Below are positions 9,467-17,831 of a stretch of DNA of 32,000 bases, one piece after another. A program made the position numbers and the translations under genes. Numbering within the stretch: position 1 is the first letter of the stretch; every line of letters begins with the position of its first letter. The DNA is from Promethearchaeota archaeon (GTDB lineage: Archaea > Asgardarchaeota > Lokiarchaeia > Sigyniarchaeales > SOKP01), in contig JAUWGH010000008.1 in the NCBI GenBank assembly GCA_030606485.1, positions 60,001 through 92,000 on the forward strand, in the 5' to 3' direction. A model generated the notes under the pieces. That model made no database searches. It saw only the letters and a program-made list of their open reading frames with translations, and was not told the DNA's origin.

Positions 9467-10270
9467 ATGGAAAACATAAGCGAAGAAAGAAAGGAAGCTG
9501 AACAAAAAGAACAAACAGTAGAATTACCAGTTTTAACATATTTTGGGTTAAATATGCTTAGTTTTGTAATTCCACTTTATCCTTGTATGGGGCTCTTTCT
9601 TTTATACCTCTTCATAACGAATATATTATCTGTAGAAATAATATGGATGTTTCTATTTATTCCTTCATTGTTTTTGTTGCTTCTTTATATTTATATCATT
9701 TTATTAATTGAATTTGCTGCAATTTTAGTTAGGAGATGGAATAAAAAAAGTCCCGCTCAAGAAGGAGTTTTTCCAAGAATGTTTATAGATAAAGAAACTC
9801 CTGAAACTCGTTTAATTAAATATTATCATTTAAGAGGATTTATAATTAAATTTCCTGTTTGGCTATCCGGGAAATCTCCATTTCCTTGGTTACTCAATAG
9901 GGCTTTAAGAAGAATCGGCCATAATAAAATTGGTAAAAATGTTATAATGGAAGATGTCTTTGTGGGATTAGAATTTACTGATATTCAAGATAATGTTTTT
10001 ATGTATCCTTCAACGGCAGTGTCGTCTCATTCAGTCAATTCAATTTTTGGCTGGCTTAATATGTTTGTAGTTAAAATCAATGAAAATTCAGTAATTTATC
10101 CAGGAAATATTTCAGGATGTGGAGCTTTAATTGATAAAAATTATGTAATTTTTCCAAATACGGTAATTCACAAGCATTGGAAAGGGAGACCGAATGAGCT
10201 CTTTTATCAAGGATCCCCCGGGAAGCCACTTACTGGAACCTATAAGGGAATAGAAGAAATAGAAAACTAA
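9467..10270 (+). CDS. Membrane-anchored left-handed beta-helix (hexapeptide-repeat) acyltransferase-like protein
   Basis: Two N-terminal hydrophobic segments followed by hexapeptide-like repeats (KIGKNV/DIQDNV/KINENS/LIDKNY). The ATG at 9467 is preferred over the TTG at 9446. Confidence 0.6.
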   Translation: MENISEERKEAEQKEQTVELPVLTYFGLNMLSFVIPLYPCMGLFLLYLFITNILSVEIIWMFLFIPSLFLLLLYIYIILLIEFAAILVRRWNKKSPAQEGVFPRMFIDKETPETRLIKYYHLRGFIIKFPVWLSGKSPFPWLLNRALRRIGHNKIGKNVIMEDVFVGLEFTDIQDNVFMYPSTAVSSHSVNSIFGWLNMFVVKINENSVIYPGNISGCGALIDKNYVIFPNTVIHKHWKGRPNELFYQGSPGKPLTGTYKGIEEIEN

Positions 10271-10299
10271 TGATTTTTTTTATGATATTTCGCAATAAT

Positions 10300-10683
10300 T
10301 CAATTTAAGTTAAGTTTATCTTTCACATAAGTTATTAATTGATTCCCAGAAAATGGTTTGACTAAATATCCGCAAGCACCTAATTTTTTAGCTTTTTGAA
10401 TATCCTCATTAAAATTTTTTATTGTAAAACAAATAACAGGGATGTTTTTAAATCGTTCATCATTTTTTAAATCCTCCAACACAGAAAAACCAGATTTTTC
10501 TGGCATCATAATATCTAAGAGGATCAAATCAATATCATTATATTTCTGTTCGATTATCTCTAGTGCTTCATTCCCATCATAGGAGGGTATAACATCGAAA
10601 TCCTCATCCTCGAGAATCTTTTTTGTCAGTCTTACGGTATCGCGTTCATCATCTACAACAAGTATTCTTTTCATATTGATCAA
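10300..10683 (-). CDS. Single-domain response regulator (receiver)
   Basis: ILVVDDE, phospho-acceptor LLDIMMP, conserved T (FT) and YLVKPF. No output domain. Confidence 0.95.
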   Translation of the reverse strand: MINMKRILVVDDERDTVRLTKKILEDEDFDVIPSYDGNEALEIIEQKYNDIDLILLDIMMPEKSGFSVLEDLKNDERFKNIPVICFTIKNFNEDIQKAKKLGACGYLVKPFSGNQLITYVKDKLNLN

Positions 10684-10816
10684 TAAACCTACTTAAATTT
10701 GAGTAATAATACATAAAAATTTAGTTACTTACGTTTATCTTAGCAGTATAAAATATTTAAATATATTAGAAAATCTGATTTTCCGTCTCAGTGTTTCAAT
10801 GAAATTATTTATCATT

Positions 10817-11596
10817 TTAAATTTCTTTTAATAATTTTATTAGGAGTCTAGGATTATCTGTAATAATTCCATCTACTCCCATTTTAATATACTTTTTAAA
10901 TGATTTTTTTCTATTTACTGTCCATATGCTGAATAAAATATTATTTTCATGAGCATAGTTAATCATTTCCTCATCAGCAAAAAAAAAATAAGGATGAATC
11001 GCATAAAATTTATGTCTAACTGCAAAATCAACTATTGCTTTCCGATATTTGGAGTCCAAAACCCAACCAGGCTTAGTTATTTGAAGTGGTTCGGATTTTA
11101 AATTAGGATTTAATTGTTCGAATAACCCTGGTTGCGGCGTATGAAGTGAAGCTAATTTAATATCAGTGTTTAAACGTTGTAATTTAATTAATTCTTCCAA
11201 TCTAAATGAACTTACAAATACTAAATCCATTAAATCATACTTTTTTAGAAGACTATATAATGGCTCAATCAATCCAAGGGAACATATTTCTATTTGCAGC
11301 TTTGTATTTCCCCTCTTGAGATTGATAACTTCTTCCAGTGTAGGAATTTCAGCATCTATTACTTCATTACCACAATTTAATTTTTTTAATTCACTGAGTG
11401 TCATATCTTTAATTAATCCATCATAACCTGTTGTTCTTTCAGTATTCTCATCATGCATTATGATAATTTCATTATCTTTGGTTAAACGAATATCAAATTC
11501 GATATAATCAGCCCCAATCTCCACAGCTTTAGAAAACGCAATTAAAGTATTTTCAGGTGCTTCACGACTTGCTCCTCTATGTGCAAATACCAACAT
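10817..11596 (-). CDS. Glycerophosphodiester phosphodiesterase (GDPD)
   Basis: AHRGAS..APENTL.AF, IEFDIRLTKD...IMHD, IPTLEEV, SSF, WTVN and GVDGIITD.P. Confidence 0.93.
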   Translation of the reverse strand: MLVFAHRGASREAPENTLIAFSKAVEIGADYIEFDIRLTKDNEIIIMHDENTERTTGYDGLIKDMTLSELKKLNCGNEVIDAEIPTLEEVINLKRGNTKLQIEICSLGLIEPLYSLLKKYDLMDLVFVSSFRLEELIKLQRLNTDIKLASLHTPQPGLFEQLNPNLKSEPLQITKPGWVLDSKYRKAIVDFAVRHKFYAIHPYFFFADEEMINYAHENNILFSIWTVNRKKSFKKYIKMGVDGIITDNPRLLIKLLKEI

Positions 11597-11761
11597 ATTT
11601 AATAATAATGAAAATTGAACTAAAAAACATTTTTAATATAGAATAAAGATTGATCGTTCATTAATAATAAAAAATAGCAAATTTTATATACCGGATTTGC
11701 TATAGAAATTTTTTAGGTTATAAATTTTATGGTTAGTATAGGATAAATTTAAAAACAATTA

Positions 11762-11840
11762 TTTATATAAAAAGTAAGTTAATTAAAATATTAACTGTGG
11801 ATAAAAAAAAGAATTCAAAATAGAAGACGTTAGGTGGAGA
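11762..11840 (+). promoter_or_regulatory. Putative TATA box and RBS for the TFS-like gene
   Basis: TTTATATAA at 11762-11770 after an A-rich BRE-like stretch, and AGGTGGAG just before the GTG at 11844. The AT-rich background lowers certainty for the TATA box. Confidence 0.4.
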
Positions 11841-11843
11841 CAA

Positions 11844-12098
11844 GTGCAGTTTTGTCAAAAGTGTAATAATATTTTGATTCCAATAAAAGGGAAAAAGATA
11901 TTATACTGTAGAGCCTGTGATTATGAATATAAATTTAAAAGCAAGGAAGAATATAAAATAATTAAAAAAATCCATCATTCAGAGAGTGAAATGGCTCCAA
12001 TTGTCGTGGAGAAATCTGAAATGCATAAAAAAATTTCTGAAGATGATAGAAAAGCCTATGAAGAATTCTTTGGTAAACCAGAGAACCCATCATACTAA
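11844..12098 (+). CDS. TFS/RpoM (Rpb9/A12.2/C11)-like protein with the N-terminal zinc ribbon only
   Basis: GTG start with AGGTGGAG RBS. MQFCQKCNNIL...LYCRACDY matches the N-terminal Zn ribbon of the family. The 84-aa protein has no second ribbon. Confidence 0.75.
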   Translation: MQFCQKCNNILIPIKGKKILYCRACDYEYKFKSKEEYKIIKKIHHSESEMAPIVVEKSEMHKKISEDDRKAYEEFFGKPENPSY

Positions 12099-12255
12099 AA
12101 ATTAATCTCCAAGTTGGATATTGCTATTAATTTACTTTTTCTTCATTTATTTTGTATAATTTTATTTCAATCTGAAATAAAAAGATTATTAAAATTATAA
12201 AATTTAATTCAAATAATTAATTATTAATATCTATTCATTTTATTTGTGATTTGAA

Positions 12256-12639
12256 ATGTCTGAGGAAAAACCTAAAAGAAAAAAAGGCTTTGCAGGAATA
12301 TTATGGAAAGAAGTTGAACCTTTAAATTCCAACGAAAAATTTAAAAAAGAATTTGCTGAGACTACGGTTAATGTATTAATTAATCCTAAAGATCAAAAAC
12401 GGGCAGCTTTATTAAAAATATATAAGGGCACTATAGACGTAGATGATGTTAAAAATGATAAAGAAACACTGAAAAGTTTGAAATATGATGCTTTATTCGA
12501 AGCTTCTACCGAACTTTTTTTAAAAATCTTTACCGAAGGATTATCTACAGGTGCATTATTAAAAAAATGGATAACTCGTAAGATTAAATTACGTGGAATA
12601 AGGAAATTAGCCATTTTTGGAAAACTTATGGCATTGTAG
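12256..12639 (+). CDS. SCP2 sterol/lipid-binding-domain-like protein
   Basis: 127 aa with the SCP2-type tail DALFEAS.ELF..I..G.S...L..WITRKIKLRG. Confidence 0.6.
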   Translation: MSEEKPKRKKGFAGILWKEVEPLNSNEKFKKEFAETTVNVLINPKDQKRAALLKIYKGTIDVDDVKNDKETLKSLKYDALFEASTELFLKIFTEGLSTGALLKKWITRKIKLRGIRKLAIFGKLMAL

Positions 12640-12716
12640 AAATTATAATCTCATCAATTTTTTTTTGTAAGTTTTTTATAAATTTTTTAATATCAAAAAT
12701 AATTTACAAGTGAAAT

Positions 12717-13136
12717 TTAAGCTTTAAATTTAAAAATTGACATCAAACTAGTCATTTGATCTCTAAGACTTTGCTCATTTAATTTTAAAAAAGATTGGAT
12801 CATCACTTTTTTATCTTGAGGGGATATATCTTCAAATGAATCTAAAAATTGTTGGATATAAATGGTTTTTTTATCAGGATTACTTTTAATTTGAGAAATG
12901 ATTCTCTCAAAAAGTTGGTCTTTTTCAAGTTTCATTATTGTTTTATTACTAATTTGAGTAAACTCTGAAAAAAAGTCGTTTTTCAATAGGATATTATTAT
13001 AAATATCTTCAATCAACGAATCTTTAGAAGGAATTACTAACTCATCTAAGGAAGTAAAAAAATCAGAATATTGACTATTGATATTCTTAATTTTAGAAAG
13101 AATTAATTTGATTTTTTTCGAAATATTATTTTCCAT
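12717..13136 (-). CDS. Hypothetical helical protein (139 aa)
   Basis: Stand-alone ORF filling the gap between genes, with plausible composition and no recognised motif. Confidence 0.6.
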   Translation of the reverse strand: MENNISKKIKLILSKIKNINSQYSDFFTSLDELVIPSKDSLIEDIYNNILLKNDFFSEFTQISNKTIMKLEKDQLFERIISQIKSNPDKKTIYIQQFLDSFEDISPQDKKVMIQSFLKLNEQSLRDQMTSLMSIFKFKA

Positions 13137-13243
13137 TTGCTTAGAAATATAGTATTTTTCTAATATAATTTTTACTTAATATAGAAATTTAACTATTGAA
13201 CAATTAAAAAAATAGAAAAAACGAGAAAAAAATTAGAAATTTC

Positions 13244-14266
13244 TTATTTAAGGTAATCTAATGTTTCACCTAGGGCAAGCCTACATAAATCACTTAATAG
13301 ATATAATTTCAAGCCATTTCTCTCAGCTAATGAGCCAATCATATTTTTACACATGGGGCAATTAAATACACAAGCTTCTGCTCCATAATCTACCATATCT
13401 TGGACATTTTTCTTTTGAGTTTCTCTACGTAATTTTTTCTTGTCTGGTATCGCCTCCATGCCGCCTCCACAACATAAAGCGTTTTCTCTATCGTATTTTC
13501 TTGCAACCCTCTCAACACCAATTAATTCGCATATTTTATCAACCCATTGATCGGTTTCAGGTATGAATCTATTTGAACAATTACGTAGGTAAGCAATTTT
13601 CATATTTAATTTATTTATTTCTGACTCATGATCCTTAAGATAATTATAGAGATATTCAAAAAGATGAATTGCTTTAAATGGTACTTCAATACCATTTCTT
13701 GGACAATACGATACAAAAAACCCATAACATTCATCATGCCAACAAATTAATTCTTTTACTCCGTGTCTTTTGAAATTATTAATAATAAGAGGAGCTCTCT
13801 CTTTAACTACGGAATCTCTTGCCATATGATGAAACATTAAATTACAGAAAAAGTCAGTACCGCTTAAGTATTGAAGATTATCGAACATTTGCCCTTGCAT
13901 CTCGTTTTTACTCATATTCCTAAAGGTACATTTGTCTAAAACTGGCTTCTCTGGGTCTATTTCTTTCATTCTTAATTCAGAGTGAGGAGCATATTGATTT
14001 ACTCCCCTTTCAATCATAGCGAGAGGTATATTCAATGAATTATATTTTTCTTGCAATTCTACAATCCTATCAAATGGTCTTGCGTTTAATTCACAGTATT
14101 CTTGACACGCAAAACATGTTATACATTCACTTAAAATACGTGAATTCTCTCCATTAACCATTTTCATGATCTCAACTTTTGCGTCTTCCTTACTTATATC
14201 AATATATTGACATTTAATTAAACAGCTCTGTGTATCACAACTTTCACATTTATCTCCTTCTAACAT
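13244..14266 (-). CDS. Fe-S-binding CCG-domain protein (HdrB/GlpC-like) with N-terminal 4Fe-4S motifs
   Basis: CESCDTQSCLIKC and CITCFACQEYC at the N-terminus. C-terminal CCG set: RNC...LCCGG...FNCPMC. Confidence 0.85.
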   Translation of the reverse strand: MLEGDKCESCDTQSCLIKCQYIDISKEDAKVEIMKMVNGENSRILSECITCFACQEYCELNARPFDRIVELQEKYNSLNIPLAMIERGVNQYAPHSELRMKEIDPEKPVLDKCTFRNMSKNEMQGQMFDNLQYLSGTDFFCNLMFHHMARDSVVKERAPLIINNFKRHGVKELICWHDECYGFFVSYCPRNGIEVPFKAIHLFEYLYNYLKDHESEINKLNMKIAYLRNCSNRFIPETDQWVDKICELIGVERVARKYDRENALCCGGGMEAIPDKKKLRRETQKKNVQDMVDYGAEACVFNCPMCKNMIGSLAERNGLKLYLLSDLCRLALGETLDYLK

Positions 14267-14457
14267 TTCCTAAATCACGCTACATTTCAATTTTTATAAT
14301 TTTTATTTTGAATTTTTATTAATTTTAATTAATTTTAATTTAACTTAACTATTATTTAATAATTTGTACATTATATTAACTAAAAATAAATATAAATTAA
14401 AGGTAATAAGCAAAAATAATAAATAGTAATTATATTATTATCCTTTTGTGATTTATT

Positions 14458-15312
14458 ATGAGTCTAAAAAATCCATTTACCGGTTTTAAAATTCGAATGG
14501 AAAAAATGCTATTTAAAGGAGAATTAGGAGAAAAAGCTCTATTTCTTGCGGTCGATCAAGGGTTTGAACATCGCTCGGATTTTACCATTCCAGAAGCGGC
14601 AAACCCAGATTATGTTATGACAGTTGCAGATAAAGCTGGAATTCCACTCATCTTACATAAAGGGTTATATATTAGATATGCAGATCGTCATCCAAATCTC
14701 CCAATGGTAATAAAAATCAATGGAAAAACTGAATTATATAGTGATAATCGTGCTCCAAGAGGAGGACTTGATTGTTCTGTTGATGAGGCTTTAGCCTTAT
14801 GTCCAACTTTATGTGCTGTAGGATATAGTCTTTATGTTGGAGGACAGGATGAGACTTCCCAATTAACTGAACTCGCGGATATCATAAGAGAAGCTAGGAT
14901 ATTTCAGGTTCCAGTAATTGTATGGGCTTATATAAGGCAACATCCCCGGAAAAAAGATGAGGAAGGTTATTGGGAAAATGTAAGATATGGTGCAAGAGTT
15001 GCGTTTGAACTTGGAGCAGATATGGTAAAACTTTACTATCCAAGAGGAGAGGATGGTCTTAAAAAAATAAAAGAATATGCTCAGGGGATGTATTGCTTGA
15101 TCGCTGGAGGAGCCAAATTGGATACTGTTGAACAGGCATATAAAACTGCAAGTGAAATTGTTCATGTTCTTGATGGAATGGCAATAGGTAGAAATATATT
15201 TCAAGATTCTAAGCCAATAAACAAAGCTCTGGGATATAAAGCCATATTTGAAGGAAAATCAGTAGAAGAAGCTCTCAGAATATATAATTCAGATAAAATT
15301 CCTGTTCTTTAA
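14458..15312 (+). CDS. Class I (DhnA/archaeal-type) fructose-bisphosphate aldolase family protein
   Basis: AVDQGFEH, KINGKT, WAY (catalytic Tyr position), ELGADMVK (Schiff-base Lys), AGG and AIGRNIFQ. Confidence 0.88.
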   Translation: MSLKNPFTGFKIRMEKMLFKGELGEKALFLAVDQGFEHRSDFTIPEAANPDYVMTVADKAGIPLILHKGLYIRYADRHPNLPMVIKINGKTELYSDNRAPRGGLDCSVDEALALCPTLCAVGYSLYVGGQDETSQLTELADIIREARIFQVPVIVWAYIRQHPRKKDEEGYWENVRYGARVAFELGADMVKLYYPRGEDGLKKIKEYAQGMYCLIAGGAKLDTVEQAYKTASEIVHVLDGMAIGRNIFQDSKPINKALGYKAIFEGKSVEEALRIYNSDKIPVL

Positions 15313-15519
15313 AAAAATTAATTATTACTTTTTCTTTTTTATCTTTTAAGCAAATTTTACTTCATTATTTGATTATTTATTTGCATAATTTTTATCAAAA
15401 AAAAATTCTAATTCTAATAGAATTATTAGAGATTTTAAAATAAAAATAAAATAAAAAAACTTTATAATAACAATTATTTTCATATTTTTAATAATTAAAG
15501 GGCTTTCATAAAGCAATTA

Positions 15520-15927
15520 CTATTTAACTGCTTGTTCTTTTTCAATTTCTTTAATTTCAGCATAAAGTTCCTTTACTTTGATATTTAGATATTTCAATTT
15601 CGCTTTTCTGTCATTTTGAATTTCTCTATGTTTATTTTTTAATACAGTGGCTTTTTCTTTTTCAATCATTTTTATGTCATTAGATATTTTTTTAACATTT
15701 TCTTTAGCATTTCCAAATTTAGTTCTTACCTCATCTAATAGTTTTTGAGTATTTTCAGCCTCTTCTTGTGCTATACTTAGTTGTCCCTTTAATTCTGAGA
15801 TTTTTGGATCAAAAGTAGAATTGATTTCAGACTCTGCAGCTGTAGTTTTAGTTAATACCTCAGCTTCAACCTTACCTTTTTCACTTTCTCTTTCTGCTAT
15901 TTTAGTTCTTAAATCTTCAATTGACAT
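15520..15927 (-). CDS. Hypothetical coiled-coil protein (135 aa)
   Basis: Glu/Lys-rich heptad pattern along almost the whole length, with a single Pro and few aromatic residues. Confidence 0.7.
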   Translation of the reverse strand: MSIEDLRTKIAERESEKGKVEAEVLTKTTAAESEINSTFDPKISELKGQLSIAQEEAENTQKLLDEVRTKFGNAKENVKKISNDIKMIEKEKATVLKNKHREIQNDRKAKLKYLNIKVKELYAEIKEIEKEQAVK

Positions 15928-16123
15928 GGAATTCTAACCTGCATTTATAATTTTCATAATATCATTTTATAATTTATATTAAAATGTTATGATTAAGGAA
16001 TTTATTGTTTAATTTATATAAAATTATTTTGATTTAGGAGTATTCAAATATTTGGAAAAAATGCATTTTATATATGAAAAATAAGATAGAAAATAAAGAA
16101 TATAATTTTAGGAAGATCATTTT

Positions 16124-17611
16124 ATGAATGCTAATCAATATGAAAAAACTCCAATTAAATTTGTAATGATAATTCCAAGTTTCTTCAATATTGATGAAGA
16201 TTATCAAAAACCAATTTATTATTATAATTTTCCTCTCGGACCATTGCAAATAATCGCTTTATTATTGAAGAGGAAATTAATAAAAGAAAAGATGCCAATG
16301 ATTATTGACATCCGACGCGAAGAAGAATTAAATCCTGATGGATATAAAATCTCCGAATATAAAAAAGAAGAATTTGAAAAGTTTTTCAATAAAATTATAA
16401 GTAAATATGGACTTCTTGAATATGATTTAATTGCACTAAGTTGCTATACTTCTGCCGCATATTTACAAACAAGATTGATAGCCTCTATTTTAAAGGAACT
16501 AAAACCAGGCATCAAAATAATTGTTGGTGGATATCATCCTTCTGCAGTTCCAAATGATTTTTTATTCCAAAATTCACCGTTTGATTTTGTAATAAGAGGT
16601 GAAGGAGAAAGATTTTTTTTAGATTTATTAAGGAATGGTAATATAATTAAAACTCCAAAGACGAGAGTTGTAATACCTGAACCAATAGACCTTAACTCCT
16701 TGCCATTCCCAGACTATCTTGGATATTTAGATATATATCCCGATTTTAGCTCAAAAATGAATTTTGAACTTTTTGTATCAAGAGGTTGTCCTGGAAATTG
16801 TTATTTCTGTGGTAGTAATTTTAGATTTAGAAATTTAGAATATATTAAAGCAAAATTGTTTTTTACGGAACTATATAATATTGCTCAAAAAAATGATGTA
16901 AAAAGATTTAATTTCTCAGATCAATGTTTTAATGCGCTAAAGTATAAATATAAATGGCTTGAATTAATAAAAAAGAACAAATTAAATGAGGATATGGAGT
17001 TCTCTTGTCAAGCAAGAATCGATTACTTTAGTAAAAAGATGTTAAAAAAATTTCAGGAAGCAAATATGGTTGTAGGATATGGACTTGAGTCTATTTCCAA
17101 AGAAATGTTGGTTGGAATGAATAAAATATCCATAAAAGATGTTAATTCTTATATAAAAAAAACTCATGAGATAATTGAATTTTACAAACAGCACGCTAAG
17201 GTAAGATGTAGATTGAATTTATTAATAGGTTATCCAGGAGAGACGAGAGAGACATTTTTTGAAACTGTGAATTATATAAATAATGATTCAATTCATAGTT
17301 TGATTGATATGGGGCCAACGCTTTATTCAATATACCCAAACTCATTTGTATATCAACATAAAGATGAATATGTTCAAAATTATGGAATTGAATTTATAGA
17401 TGAATATTGGAAAATTAAAGATTTGAACCCATTAAAGAGTTCAGTGATAAGACCTTCAAGAGATTACTCTAAAGAAGATATGATCCTAGATTATTTCACT
17501 GAATATAATAAAATTCTATATTTAAATGAGAGAGGGGGTAAGTTACTTAATAAAATTCAAAATCAAAAATGGAGAACTTTCTTTAAATCATGGTGTGATG
17601 AACTTCATTAA
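16124..17611 (+). CDS. Cobalamin-binding radical SAM protein (class B-like)
   Basis: B12-binding segment (LSCYT, IIVGGYHPS, DFVIRGEGE) followed by SRGCPGNCYFC, GLES and LLIGYPGET. Confidence 0.9.
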   Translation: MNANQYEKTPIKFVMIIPSFFNIDEDYQKPIYYYNFPLGPLQIIALLLKRKLIKEKMPMIIDIRREEELNPDGYKISEYKKEEFEKFFNKIISKYGLLEYDLIALSCYTSAAYLQTRLIASILKELKPGIKIIVGGYHPSAVPNDFLFQNSPFDFVIRGEGERFFLDLLRNGNIIKTPKTRVVIPEPIDLNSLPFPDYLGYLDIYPDFSSKMNFELFVSRGCPGNCYFCGSNFRFRNLEYIKAKLFFTELYNIAQKNDVKRFNFSDQCFNALKYKYKWLELIKKNKLNEDMEFSCQARIDYFSKKMLKKFQEANMVVGYGLESISKEMLVGMNKISIKDVNSYIKKTHEIIEFYKQHAKVRCRLNLLIGYPGETRETFFETVNYINNDSIHSLIDMGPTLYSIYPNSFVYQHKDEYVQNYGIEFIDEYWKIKDLNPLKSSVIRPSRDYSKEDMILDYFTEYNKILYLNERGGKLLNKIQNQKWRTFFKSWCDELH

Positions 17612-17831
17612 ATTTGTAAGGGTAAAATAAAATATTCTTGGATTTCAATCTTCAAGGTAATTCTATAATTCATTTTATTTATTCAATAAAAGCAGTTAGA
17701 TGGTTATAGAAAATAATAATAAACATTAAAAATTGAAAATTCATTTACAATATTGATTAACACAAATAATGCATATCAGTAAATAAACTCCTCAAATTTA
17801 ATCAAAATTAAAAGCAAAATAGTTATTTAAA

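Noticed and set aside
10300-10683. Orphan receiver protein as a novel signalling system
   Set aside because: It is a canonical stand-alone receiver, common in archaea, with no kinase in the window to build a case on.
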